Assembly (NCBI GenBank): GCA_963734495.1 | Contig: CAVTHK010000013.1 | Span: 448,001-512,000, forward strand | Direction: 5' to 3' | Length of the DNA stretch: 64,000 bases | From: an uncultured Spirochaetota bacterium | GTDB lineage: Bacteria > Spirochaetota > Spirochaetia > SZUA-6 > CAVTHK01 | Shown: positions 19,553 through 29,389 of the stretch, in pieces | Layout: every line of letters begins with the position of its first letter | Position numbering within the stretch: the first letter of the stretch is position 1 | Made by a program: the position numbers and the translations under genes | The notes under the pieces: model-generated | The model's database searches: none | What the model was told of the DNA's origin: nothing | The model's input: only the letters and a program-made list of their open reading frames with translations

Positions 19553-20119
19553 TCAGCCCCCGGGCTTGCCCGACAGCTCGTAGTGGATGCGCACCACGGC
19601 CTGCACCGACCCGTCGCCGCCCGCGGCCCGCATGGACAGCAGGCTCACCGACCACCACTTGGGCGCCTCGGACACGCGCTGCAGAAACCGCGCGACGGAG
19701 CGCGCCGAGCCGTCCACCGAAAACTCGAGCAGAGTGACGCTCCCCTGCTCCACTGTCTGGTAGCGGGAGATCGAGAGGCCCTCGGCCCGCAGGAGATCGC
19801 GGATCACGATCCCGAAGCGGTAGGGGTCGATCTCGTCAGGACCGTAGAGACGGCCGCGGGCATCCGCGATCCTGGCCTCGAGGTCCGACACGGAGGCCGC
19901 ACCCGGCGCCCCCGGGGCCCCCGCGGCCCCCGGGGCCGCGATCCCCGCCCCCCGGCCGAGGCGCGCCTCGAGCCCCGCGAGCTCGCGCCGCGCCAGCGTC
20001 ACCTGCTGCGCGAGCGCGGCGCGCCGCTGCGAGGCCAGGGTGACGGCGACGAAGCACCCGGCGACCGCCGCGCTCCAGAAGAGAGCGACCAGCAGCGCCT
20101 TCTCCCGCTTACTGAGCAC
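19553..20119 (-). CDS. T2SS GspM/PilO-like protein
   Basis: MLSKREKALL, TM, coiled coil, ferredoxin-like C-terminus. Confidence 0.6.
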   Translation of the reverse strand: MLSKREKALLVALFWSAAVAGCFVAVTLASQRRAALAQQVTLARRELAGLEARLGRGAGIAAPGAAGAPGAPGAASVSDLEARIADARGRLYGPDEIDPYRFGIVIRDLLRAEGLSISRYQTVEQGSVTLLEFSVDGSARSVARFLQRVSEAPKWWSVSLLSMRAAGGDGSVQAVVRIHYELSGKPGG

Positions 20120-21239
20120 GGAACGCCCCCGTGAGCCGGAACCGCTCCAGCCCCGCCTGGGAAGGAACGATCTGCAGCAGGCGCACTCCTTCGAACCACG
20201 GGTCCTCGCGCAGCCGGGCGACCAGCTCCAGAGCGGCGTGGCTTTCGCCTTCGACCTGGAAGAGCCGGCCGTCGACGATCAACGAGCCCACGCGCACCTC
20301 GGTGCCCAGCACGCGGCTGAGCTCGGAGAGCAGGCGGTACACGTCGACGGGCCGCCGCGCCTCGAGCGCGGCCCATTCGCGCGAGAGCTCGTCGAGCCGC
20401 TTCCTGTCCGAAGCGGCGCCGACCACGCGCGTCCGCAGCCCGGCGAGGCGGCTCTCGAGCGACGCGAGCGTGCTGCGCTCGCGGGCCGCCGAGCGGACGT
20501 AGAGGAGCGTCGCGAGCGCCAGGACCAGGAAGAGCAGGGCCTGGATGCGGAGGCCCCAGCGGGGCAGCCGGCTCTGCCTCCGCGGCTGGAACAGCGCGCT
20601 CGCCCGCATGCGGCCGCCGCCTGCGACCTCGTAGACGGCCGCGCCGGGCAGCGCCTCGCGCGCGCGCTCCGCCTCGGCGCGCGGCGCGAGCACCCGCACG
20701 GGCATCTCGCCCGCCGCGAGCGAATCGAGCGCCGACGCGAGGTCCCGCGCGAGCGAGTCGCCGCGGGGGAACACGAGCGAGCGCGCTTCGGGCCGCGCCT
20801 TCCGGCCGGGCAGCGCGAGCGCCTCGATCCATTCCGGGGCCACGAAGAGAAAGGCGCCTCCCTCCCTGAGCAGGGCGGGCACCGTGGCCTCGATGAGGCT
20901 CAGGGGAAGCGCGAGCGGGCGCCCGAGCGCGCGGTAGCGCTCGAGGAGCTCGCGGCGCGTCGCGAAGACCGCTGCCTTCGCGACGCCGCCCGCGCGCAGC
21001 AGCCTGTAGTCGAACGCCGTCTCCTCGGCCGGAGCGGGAAAGAGGCCGCGCACGCGGTAGCCGAGGTAGTCGCGGGCGTGCTCCTCGGCGCTGCGCGGCA
21101 CGTCTATGAACGCGACGAGAAAGTCCGACCTCTGCATGAGCACGACGGAGTCGCCGGCGTCCGCGCCGTCAGGGCACTCGAGAGCGTAGGTCTGCCCGTC
21201 CCGGCGGGCGTAGCACAACCCTGTTAAGGCGCCGACCAC
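20109..21239 (-). CDS. T2SS GspL/PilN-like protein
   Basis: Cytoplasmic domain, TM, coiled coil, FQVEGES...LREDPWFEGVRL. Confidence 0.6.
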   Translation of the reverse strand: MVGALTGLCYARRDGQTYALECPDGADAGDSVVLMQRSDFLVAFIDVPRSAEEHARDYLGYRVRGLFPAPAEETAFDYRLLRAGGVAKAAVFATRRELLERYRALGRPLALPLSLIEATVPALLREGGAFLFVAPEWIEALALPGRKARPEARSLVFPRGDSLARDLASALDSLAAGEMPVRVLAPRAEAERAREALPGAAVYEVAGGGRMRASALFQPRRQSRLPRWGLRIQALLFLVLALATLLYVRSAARERSTLASLESRLAGLRTRVVGAASDRKRLDELSREWAALEARRPVDVYRLLSELSRVLGTEVRVGSLIVDGRLFQVEGESHAALELVARLREDPWFEGVRLLQIVPSQAGLERFRLTGAFRAQ

Positions 21240-22289
21240 AGCTCCTCCACGATGCGCAGGCGAGCTTCCCGCGCGGCCGCCTTGGGCCGGTCCGGCTCGC
21301 GGGCGAGCACCCACTCGAGCTCGAGCGAGGGACCCTTGACCGCGACTCGCCAGAACCAGGTCCGCACGCCCAGGTAGTGGGCGAGCGGCGTCTTGACCGC
21401 GGCGTCGCCGAGCAGCGCTTTCAGCCGCTCCGCGTCGAGCTCGTGAGCCGCGCGCTCGACCAGGATCTGCTCGCCCACCGCGTTGCCGAGATTGTACTGG
21501 GCGATCAACGCCTCCACAACCCGCTGGGGGACGAAGTGCACGTTCATCGCGGGCCCGGCGCCGATGACGGGCGTGAGCTGCGCGTACGCGGGGCCGAGGA
21601 AGTCGGCGATGTCGTCCGGCCCTATCAGGTGAAGGGGTGCATCCTGCGTCTTCCTGATCCTCGCCTGCTGGACCTTGCCTCGCAGGTCCTCCGCCAGGGC
21701 GAGGTCGCCTGTGCGGGCGAACGCCGCTTTGCGCAGCGCGAACTCGTCGGCGACGTTGACGTTGAGCCACCCCCACGTCGTGAAGAGCGCGTCCAGGTTC
21801 TGCGGCGAAACAAAGCGCTCCCAGGCCGCGGGGTCGAGATGAAGGCCGGTGTCCTCGCGGTATTGCTGCACGTCCTGCGGCGCGACGCCGGGATTCAGCA
21901 CCTCGAGCCGCGCGAGAAGGTCCTTGCTGCACCCAGTTGATCCCGAGACGGCTCGAGAGGTCTTCGAGCACGACGGAGTATCCCGGCGGCGCCTGGCTCA
22001 GGCGGATCTCCGCGCCGCTTCCCCTGCCCGCCGGCAGGGTCCCCGACCATACGGGATCGAACGGCGAGTCGGCCTCGGGCGTCGGGTCGTCGAGCAGCAG
22101 CGCCACGGCCGCGGAGGCAAGCTCCGTGAGCCGCGCCTGCTCCGCGTCGCGCCTGCGGCCGCGGCCCAGCTCGGCGGAGCTCAGCTCCACGAAAGCGGCC
22201 GCGGCCACGAACAGCGCGCTCAGCAGGGCGAGCACGGCGAGCACCATGGCCGAGGCGGCCCCCGACTCGCGGTCCCCCCGGCCGCTCAC
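21224..22289 (-). CDS. T2SS GspK-like pseudopilin, frameshifted near 21929
   Basis: GAASAMVLAVLALL, LEDLSSRLGINW, LNVNVAD, MNVHF across two frames. Confidence 0.65.
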
Positions 22290-22796
22290 GGAGAGTCTCC
22301 CGCGGGAACGGCGCGCGAGCCGATGCGGGCCCGGAGCTCGACCGGGTCGCTCCGCTCGAAGACCCGCACGATCGCCCTGACGCCCCAGAGCTGCCCGTCG
22401 TCGAACACGGGCTCCACGGAGGCCTGCGCGAACGGGCCGAGGCGCCGGACCGCGGTGTCGTCGCTGGCCGTGTCCAGCACGATCCATCCGTCGGAAACGA
22501 CGATGCGCAGCGAGCGCGACTCTTCGCCGCCCCGGTACGGAAGGATGAAGCCCCCGTCGGCGGCGCCCGCCTCGACGTGCCCGACCCAGTAGGGAATGCG
22601 GATCCCGCCGACGGCCCGCCGCAGCGCCGCATCCGCCTGCAGCAGGCGCACGGCCGCGGCCGCCCGCGCGCTGACGGCGCCCGACGCCCTGCGGCCGCCG
22701 GCCGCGGCCTCCACCGCGACCAGCCCGACGAGGGCGAGCAGCAGGAGGGCCACCATCACTTCGATCGTGGAAAAAGCCGCCGGCGCCGCGCCGCAT
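22286..22796 (-). CDS. T2SS minor pseudopilin (GspJ-like), frameshift in the homopolymer at 22771-22775
   Basis: Removing one base gives MRRGAGG-FSTIEVMVALLLL, a prepilin motif. Confidence 0.65.
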
Positions 22797-22807
22797 GGGC
22801 CGTGCTC

Positions 22808-23040
22808 CTACCGCGCGCCGCCGAAGAGGGCCGGCCGCGCGGCCGCCCGCTCGTTGCGGCCCTGCACGAGCGCGAGCGCCTGCTCCCAGCGCCGTCCCGC
22901 GTGCGCGCCGCGAGCGCGAGCCCGCCGAGCGCGGCGGTCAGCGCCAGCGTCCCTATGAGGAGCGCGACGAGGGCGTCGAGAAAGATCGATCCGCCGTCGC
23001 GCGGACGACGCCGGCGCTCAGTTCTGCCAGGAGACCACAT
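22808..23040 (-). CDS. Short T2SS minor pseudopilin (GspI-like), frameshift near 22900
   Basis: RDGG-SIFLDALVALLIGTLAL prepilin-like motif; alternative frame ends TAG 22808 just before the next RBS. Confidence 0.5.
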
Positions 23041-23503
23041 CGGCCGCGTCCCCTTCGCCGCCTTCGGCCCCGTCCGACCCGAGCGAGATGATCGCAAACG
23101 GGAGGTTATTCGGTCCGGGGCTCCGATACTGGTAGTCGCGGCCCCACGGGTCCCTGGGGACCTCCTTGGTGAGGTATGGCCCCTCCCAGCCGCGCGGCAC
23201 GGGCTCGAGGATCGGCTTTTCCCAGAGGGCCTTGAGGCCCTGCTCCGTCGTCGGGTAGCCGGTGCAGTCCAGGTAGTAGGAGCCGAGCGCCAGCTCGAAG
23301 ACGTGGATCTGGTCCTTCGCCGCCACGACGCGGGCCCGCGAGACGTAGCGGAAATAGACGAAGCCCGCGGATCCGAGCAGGATGAAGACGATCATCATCG
23401 CGACCAGGATCTCGATAAAGGTAAAGCCCCCCTCGCCCGCATGTCGCGCGCGCTTCGCGGCCGCGCCGGCGGCCCCGGCCTTCCTCGTCCATTTGATTCT
23501 CAT
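23018..23503 (-). CDS. gspG: T2SS major pseudopilin
   Basis: G-FTFIEIL, YPTTEQGLKAL, WEGPYL, DPWGRDYQY, SLGSDGAEGGEG. Confidence 0.95.
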   Translation of the reverse strand: MRIKWTRKAGAAGAAAKRARHAGEGGFTFIEILVAMMIVFILLGSAGFVYFRYVSRARVVAAKDQIHVFELALGSYYLDCTGYPTTEQGLKALWEKPILEPVPRGWEGPYLTKEVPRDPWGRDYQYRSPGPNNLPFAIISLGSDGAEGGEGDAADVVSWQN

Positions 23504-23505
23504 GT

Positions 23506-24714
23506 TCACAGCAGACTCCCGTAGAGCGAGAACAAAGGCACCACGAAGACCAGCACCAGGGCGATGATCATCGCGCCGACGGCCAGGATCAGCACGGGCT
23601 CGGCCAGGTTCATGAGGCGCTCCGACCACTTTTCGGTCTCGGCCTCGTAGTAGAGGCGCAGCTGGTGGAAGACCTCCTGCACCGCGCCCGTGCGCTCGCT
23701 GATGCCGACCCAGCGCACGAGGCGCTCGGGCAGCTCCGTCTCCGCCTCGAAGGCGCGCGCGAGCGGCTCGCCCTTGAGCACGCGCTCGCGGGCGCGGAGG
23801 ATGCCGCCGCGCAGCCAGCGGTTCCCGACGACGGCGGCCGCTTCGCTCATCGCCTCCTCGACCGCGAACCCGCCCGCGACCAGCGTCTCCATGGCGAACA
23901 CGAAGGTCAGGCTCTCATTGTGGCGGATGATGGAGCCGATCCCGGGGATGCGCAGGGCGGCGCGGTCCAGGGCGGAGGCGACCGCTTCGGACCGCGCCCG
24001 CGCGGCCGCGAGCACCGGGATCGCGAGAACCGCGGTCGCGAGGACGGAGAACAGCGCGGCCAGGAGCCCGCGGAACAGCCGCGCCCTGTCGGCGATCGTG
24101 GAGGGGATCGCGGTCCCGAGCTCGCGGAAGAGGTCCTGCGCCTTGGGCAGCACGAAGAACGTGATGCCCGCGATGCCGCAGAACGCCACGACCAGCACGA
24201 CCGCCGGGTACAGCAAGGCGCTCGTGATCCGGTCGCGCAGGCGCTTCTGCCGGCCCATGTACTCCGCGAGCCTGCGGAACGAGCCCTCGAGCGAGCCGAC
24301 CCGCTCGCCGATGCGCACGAAGCCCGCGAAGAGCGCGGGGAAGCTTCCGGCCAGCCGCTGCATCGCGTCGATCACGGAGCTCCCGCGCTCGAGCTCCTCG
24401 AGGAGGCTCACGACCATGCGGTTGACTTCGCCGCCGGGATACACGGTCTGGGCAATCGTGAGGGCGTCGCGCAGCGTGAGCCCCGACGCGAGCAGCAGCG
24501 CCATCGCGCCCGACAGCTCCTGCACCGAGCGCGAGGAGTACCGCCGCCTGCGACGCGGCGCGGCCGCGCCGCCGTCCGCCGCGGGGCGGATGCTGATCGG
24601 GGAGAGCGAGTCGCCGGCGAGCTGACGCAGCAACGCGTCCTCGGACGCGGCCTCGCGCACCATCTCGCTCGAGCGGCCGCGGGCGTCGACCACGCGGCAC
24701 TGGTAGACAGGCAT
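23506..24714 (-). CDS. gspF: T2SS inner membrane platform protein
   Basis: LLASGLTL, GERVGSL, SALLYPAVV, LAEPVLIL. Confidence 0.9.
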   Translation of the reverse strand: MPVYQCRVVDARGRSSEMVREAASEDALLRQLAGDSLSPISIRPAADGGAAAPRRRRRYSSRSVQELSGAMALLLASGLTLRDALTIAQTVYPGGEVNRMVVSLLEELERGSSVIDAMQRLAGSFPALFAGFVRIGERVGSLEGSFRRLAEYMGRQKRLRDRITSALLYPAVVLVVAFCGIAGITFFVLPKAQDLFRELGTAIPSTIADRARLFRGLLAALFSVLATAVLAIPVLAAARARSEAVASALDRAALRIPGIGSIIRHNESLTFVFAMETLVAGGFAVEEAMSEAAAVVGNRWLRGGILRARERVLKGEPLARAFEAETELPERLVRWVGISERTGAVQEVFHQLRLYYEAETEKWSERLMNLAEPVLILAVGAMIIALVLVFVVPLFSLYGSLL

Positions 24715-26312
24715 CAGACCGCCACCGCGCGCTCGACTTCTTCGATCGTCGTCAGGCCCGCCTGGCACTTGGCGAGGCCGTCGACGATCAGCGGCGCGAG
24801 GCCCTGGGCCACCGCGTGCGAGCGCAGCTCCGACTCCCGCTCGCCCCTCACGGCGAGCTCCTCCAGTGCCGCGTCCATCTCCAGCAGCTCGAACAGCCCC
24901 AGGCGGCCGGAGTAGCCGCTCTCGCCGCATTCTCTGCAGCCGGGCGCGTCCCACAGCGTGCCGGGTTTGAGGCCCCAGTGCGCGAGGAGCGCGCTTTCGG
25001 CGGCGCCCGGCTTGCGCCGCTTGCGGCATGCGGGGCAGAGGCGCCGCACCAGCCGCTGCGCCACGACCCCGCGCAGGACCGCGGCGATCAGGTAGGGCTC
25101 CACGCCCATGTTGACCAGGCGCGTGATCGCGGAGACCGAGTCGCGGGTGTGCAGCGTCGAGAGCACGAGGTGCCCCGTGAGCGCGGCCCGGATCGCCAGC
25201 TCCGCGGTCGCCGTGTCGCGGATCTCGCCGACCATGATCACGTCGGGGTCCTGGCGCAGCACGCGGCGCAGGATCGTCTCGAAGTTGAGCCCGATCCTCT
25301 CGTTGGTCTGGATCTGGTCGATCCCGTCGGTGACGTACTCCACCGGGTCCTCGATCGTGATGATCTTGAGCGCGTCGGTGCGCACTTCCCGGAGGACCGC
25401 GTTCAGCGTCGTCGTCTTGCCGCTGCCGGTCGGCCCGGTGACGAGCACGAGACCGTTGGGCATCGTCGCCAGGCGGCGGAAGCGCGCTATGCCCTTTGGC
25501 TCCAGCCCCAGCTCCTCGAGACCGAGAGGCGCGCGCTTGGTCGGGAAGAGCCGCAGCACGATCGACTCGCCGGCCGAGATCGGCACGATCGAGACGCGCA
25601 CGTCGACGATGTCCTCGTCGAGGTGCACGGTGAGCCGGCCGTCCTGCGGCAGGCGCCGCTCCATGATGTTGAGGTTCGCCATGATCTTGATGCGGCTCGA
25701 GACCGCGGCGAAGCGCTCGGGCTCGAGGCGATGCACCGTCTTGAGGCGGCCGTCGACGCGGTAGCGCACGACGGTCGCTTCGGAGAAGCCCTCGATGTGG
25801 ATGTCCGAAGCGCGGGCGCGGATGCCGTCGATCACCAGGCTGTTGACGAGATTGACGACCGGGGCGTCGTTGGCGATGCGGTCGAGCACGATCTTGTCGT
25901 CGGCCGCGGCGCCGGTCGCGGCCGCGCCGTCGATGCCGGAGAGCAGGCCGCCGAGGTAGCTCGCGAGCTCGCTGCGGTCGATCTCGTGGAAGCGCACCTC
26001 CTTGTCGTGAAAGGCGCGCAGCCCTTCCATGAGCTCGCTGCGGCTCGCATCGCACAGCCCGATGTGCACCACCTCGTCGGTCTCTCGCAGCTTGATGACG
26101 CCGTTGGCCTCCACGTACTCGAGCGGGTACTGCGTACGGCCGTCGGGGAGCGGGCGGTAGTCGGCCAGCGTGGCGCGCGGCAGCGCGGCCGCGGGCCGGG
26201 CGGGGCCGGACGCGGCGGCCGCCTCGGGGCCGTCGTCCGGGCCGCCGTCGGAGCGGGGCTCCGGGTCCGCGGCGGCGCCGGCGGGGCGGCGGCCTTCTTC
26301 ACCTCGACTCAT
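24714..26312 (-). CDS. gspE: T2SS ATPase
   Basis: ASDIHIE, GPTGSGKTTT, TIEDPVE, LRQDPDVIMVGEIRD, TGHLVLSTLHT, two CxxC. Confidence 0.93.
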   Translation of the reverse strand: MSRGEEGRRPAGAAADPEPRSDGGPDDGPEAAAASGPARPAAALPRATLADYRPLPDGRTQYPLEYVEANGVIKLRETDEVVHIGLCDASRSELMEGLRAFHDKEVRFHEIDRSELASYLGGLLSGIDGAAATGAAADDKIVLDRIANDAPVVNLVNSLVIDGIRARASDIHIEGFSEATVVRYRVDGRLKTVHRLEPERFAAVSSRIKIMANLNIMERRLPQDGRLTVHLDEDIVDVRVSIVPISAGESIVLRLFPTKRAPLGLEELGLEPKGIARFRRLATMPNGLVLVTGPTGSGKTTTLNAVLREVRTDALKIITIEDPVEYVTDGIDQIQTNERIGLNFETILRRVLRQDPDVIMVGEIRDTATAELAIRAALTGHLVLSTLHTRDSVSAITRLVNMGVEPYLIAAVLRGVVAQRLVRRLCPACRKRRKPGAAESALLAHWGLKPGTLWDAPGCRECGESGYSGRLGLFELLEMDAALEELAVRGERESELRSHAVAQGLAPLIVDGLAKCQAGLTTIEEVERAVAV

Positions 26313-28543
26313 CCGAGAGTCCCTCTGACCAGGCGGCGATAGAGCCTGTCGATGCGCGCGGCCTCGTCCGGCTGCGCCGCGGGGGCGTACTCGATGTGCG
26401 GCACGATGTAGATCACGAGCTCCATGTTGTCGACGCTCTCCTTTTTGCCGCGGAAGAGCAGCCCGAGGAGCGGGATGTCGCCGAGCACCGGCACGCGCGA
26501 CTCGGTCAGGGTCTTCTCCTGGCGCATGAGCCCGCCGATGACCACGGGCTTGCCGCCGGGCGTGCGCACGCGCGTCGTCACGACGTTCTCGCTCGTGGGC
26601 GGGAGCGTGCCGACCGTTCCGGAGGTGTCGGTCCCCTGCTTGGAGACCGTGGCGCTCACGTCCATCGTGATCATGCCGTCGCCCGACACCCATCCCTTGA
26701 CGCTGAAGATGAGGCCCGCGCTGATCTCGCGCGAGACGCCGGTGTAGGTCACCTTGCCGTCGGCCTGCACCTCGGGCTCGCGGTAGCGGAACGTGTCCGT
26801 GTTCTGGAACTTGACCTCCTGGTTGGCCGTCCCGATCAGCGTAGTGTCGGCCATCGTGCGCGCGGTGTTGCGGCTGAGATCGAGGCTCAGCCTGACGGCC
26901 ATCTGGTAGCCGAGGGCGCCCACCGCGTCGAAGTTCAGGTTCAGGAGCTGCCCCATCGTGCCCACGACCGCGCCGTCCTCGCCCCAGGCGCTCGGCGTCA
27001 CGGTGTAGCGCGCGCCGGTGGAGTCGCCCCAGGTCACGCCTTCGCCCTTCTGGTGCTGGAGCACCAGGAACTGGTAGCGGAGCTGCGGGACCGGGACGTC
27101 GAGCATCCTCACTTCCTCGAGAAAGGCAGCCATCCGCTGCGCGCCGCCCCTCACGAACACGAGGGTCGGGTCGCCGCTCGGTACGACGTCTTCCTTGGCT
27201 ACGGACGGAGGAAGCGCCTTGATAAAGTCCTCCGCCCGCACGTACTTCAGGCGCACGGGCGTGATGGGGTCGCCGCGGTCGACGAGCTCGAGGTAGCGGG
27301 CAAAGGAGTCCCGCCGCTCGGGCGGCAGCGCGATCACGAACGAGCGCGCGCCAGGCACGACGACGATGTCGACCTGGGCGAACTCGGGCGGCAGCGCCGC
27401 CTTGATGTTCTTGAGGTCGAGGTAGTCGACGTTGAAGAGGTAGTACTGCAGCCCGCGCAGGGGCACGTCGATCGAACGGATGAAGTCCTCGATCGGGGCG
27501 ATCTCCTCGACGCTCCCGTTCAGGATGATCGCGTTGCCCGCCGCGTCGAGCTTGAACAGCCGGCTGTCGAGCAGCGCCGCAGGGAGCAGGTTGGGGAGCT
27601 CGCGCGCGGTGACGTACGTGAGCTGCATGCGCTCGGTGGTCTTGAGCTTCTTGAGCACGTCGCGCTGCTGGATCTCGAAGATGTAGTAGATGTCGTTGAG
27701 GCGCGCGAAGTCCGCGCCCGCCTGCTCGAGCAGCAGGCGCAGGAGGTCCTCGAAGCCCTTGCCCTGGAAGCGCATGCTCTCTATGAGCGTGTCGCGCGAC
27801 ATGAACAGCGAGTACTCGCGTCCCGCCTTGAGGAACAGCTCGGGCAGGAGGTCCAGGAAACGCGCCTTCTGCGCGTTGATCGAGTAGCGGTCGCCGTCGC
27901 GGCGGATCGTCTCGAGCCGGGCCTGGCCCGGGGCCTGGCCGGGCAGCGCCGCCGCCACCCTCGCCTCGCGCTTCACGTAGAAGAAGCTCGCGTCCGCCTC
28001 CACCTTGTAGTCGGGGAAGCGGCGCAGCAGGATCTCCAGCAGCTTCTCGGGCGTGACCGCGTCGGCGTGGATCGTCAGGCGGTCGCCCGGCAGGGGGTCG
28101 AAGAGGATCGTGCGGCCAATGGCGCGCGACGCGGCCCGGATCAGCAGCGGGATCTCCACATCCTCGGCGTGCATCGTGATGAGACCGCGGTCCGCGTCCC
28201 AGTCCGCCCTGATGCGCGAGACGTAGTACACGTTGCCTTCCCGCCGCGCGTAGATCTTGTAGGTATCGAGGAAGAGCCGCAGCGCCGTGTCGAAGTCGGT
28301 CTCGGCGAAGTAGTAGCTCGCGTCGCCCCTCACCGTCTCGTCCGGCACCATCGAACGTCCCGACACCTGCGCGAGCGCGAGCAGGATGTCGGTGATCGGC
28401 TGGTTGGTGAAGCGCATCTCCTTGATGCGCGCCGGCGTCTCGGGCGGGCCGCCCTGCGGCGCCTGCGCCGCGAGGCTCGCGCACGCGGCGAGGAGCGCGA
28501 GGGCGCAGAGTGAGAATCGCGTGTGGATGCAGGGCTGTTTCAT
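26309..28543 (-). CDS. gspD: T2SS secretin
   Basis: Signal peptide, N domains, GKPVVIGGL, VPVLGDIPLLGLLF, ELVIYIVPHI. Confidence 0.9.
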   Translation of the reverse strand: MKQPCIHTRFSLCALALLAACASLAAQAPQGGPPETPARIKEMRFTNQPITDILLALAQVSGRSMVPDETVRGDASYYFAETDFDTALRLFLDTYKIYARREGNVYYVSRIRADWDADRGLITMHAEDVEIPLLIRAASRAIGRTILFDPLPGDRLTIHADAVTPEKLLEILLRRFPDYKVEADASFFYVKREARVAAALPGQAPGQARLETIRRDGDRYSINAQKARFLDLLPELFLKAGREYSLFMSRDTLIESMRFQGKGFEDLLRLLLEQAGADFARLNDIYYIFEIQQRDVLKKLKTTERMQLTYVTARELPNLLPAALLDSRLFKLDAAGNAIILNGSVEEIAPIEDFIRSIDVPLRGLQYYLFNVDYLDLKNIKAALPPEFAQVDIVVVPGARSFVIALPPERRDSFARYLELVDRGDPITPVRLKYVRAEDFIKALPPSVAKEDVVPSGDPTLVFVRGGAQRMAAFLEEVRMLDVPVPQLRYQFLVLQHQKGEGVTWGDSTGARYTVTPSAWGEDGAVVGTMGQLLNLNFDAVGALGYQMAVRLSLDLSRNTARTMADTTLIGTANQEVKFQNTDTFRYREPEVQADGKVTYTGVSREISAGLIFSVKGWVSGDGMITMDVSATVSKQGTDTSGTVGTLPPTSENVVTTRVRTPGGKPVVIGGLMRQEKTLTESRVPVLGDIPLLGLLFRGKKESVDNMELVIYIVPHIEYAPAAQPDEAARIDRLYRRLVRGTLG

Positions 28544-28588
28544 AGGGCAGTCAGGCGATATTGTACACGAGGCGGGCCGCGCCGACCA

Positions 28589-28641
28589 GTCGTTTTGGCG
28601 GCGTCGTCGTCTTGGCGGCGCGCGTCGTCCTGGCGGCGCGC
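28589..28641. repeat. Three tandem 17-18 bp units
   Basis: GTCGTTTTGGCGGCGTC / GTCGTCTTGGCGGCGCGC / GTCGTCCTGGCGGCGCGC. Confidence 0.7.
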
Positions 28642-28660
28642 GGCCGCGCGGCGCCGCCGC

Positions 28661-29070
28661 TCAGCGCCCGCTCAGCAGATCCGCAACACGATCCACGAGG
28701 CCGCGGGCCGGGGCGCCGGCCTCGCGCGCGTCCGACTCGAAGAAGGCCGCTTCCGGGGTGATGTCGGGAAGACCATTCGGGCAGCGGGTGGGAACGTAGA
28801 GGCGATCCAGCCGGCCCGCAGCCTCGCGCAGGTCACGGAGGGCCTCGTAGCTCTTCTGGTCAAGGCCCGCGAGGTCGTCGACCAGTTGAAGGATGGAGTG
28901 GCCCCAAGGGTCCCCGTCCCGGCCGTACCACAAGCCGACGGATTTGTGGTAGGCGGACTCTGGGCGCGTCCCCGCCAAGAGTTGCCTGCTGCGGGGCGGG
29001 GACCGGGCTGCTCCGGGCTCCGCTATCGCTTCGGTCCTCGCCCGCCGTCGCTGCGAGCCACACGGTTCAC
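28661..29070 (-). pseudogene. Degenerate HEPN domain protein
   Basis: WGHSILQL and LDRLYVPTRCPNGLP resemble the HEPN WGHS / LDxxYIPTRYP pattern; N-terminal remnants (WLAATAGED, QQA) lie in another frame. Confidence 0.65.
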
Positions 29071-29389
29071 CTCACCACGCGGGCTCGGACCCGCTTCGGC
29101 CGCGCAGACGCGGCCTCGCGGCCCTCCGCATCCCGCGCGCAGAGATCAGAACGCCACCCTTCGTGGTCCGCACCATGGGCGCGTCCCCGCCGCATTCACG
29201 ACCTACCGCGATCTGTCACTGTCACCCGCGCGTGTGCATGGGCCGTAGAGTTGGTATCTGCGAGCCTCGGCGAACGATCTCGGCATCGCGTCAGGTGCCT
29301 GCGGGATGCGCACTTCCACCGCCTCCACGCGCAACTGGCGCCCCAGGGTGAGGTGCTCAGGCCCGCGATGGCTCGCTCCGAGCCGCGCC

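Noticed and set aside
22771-22775. Programmed frameshifting or phase variation in the pseudopilin
   Set aside because: A short homopolymer indel matches the window-wide error pattern; no stimulatory elements seen
29070-29389. ncRNA or IS end in the unexplained spacer
   Set aside because: No terminal inverted repeats, target duplication or convincing structure found by eye
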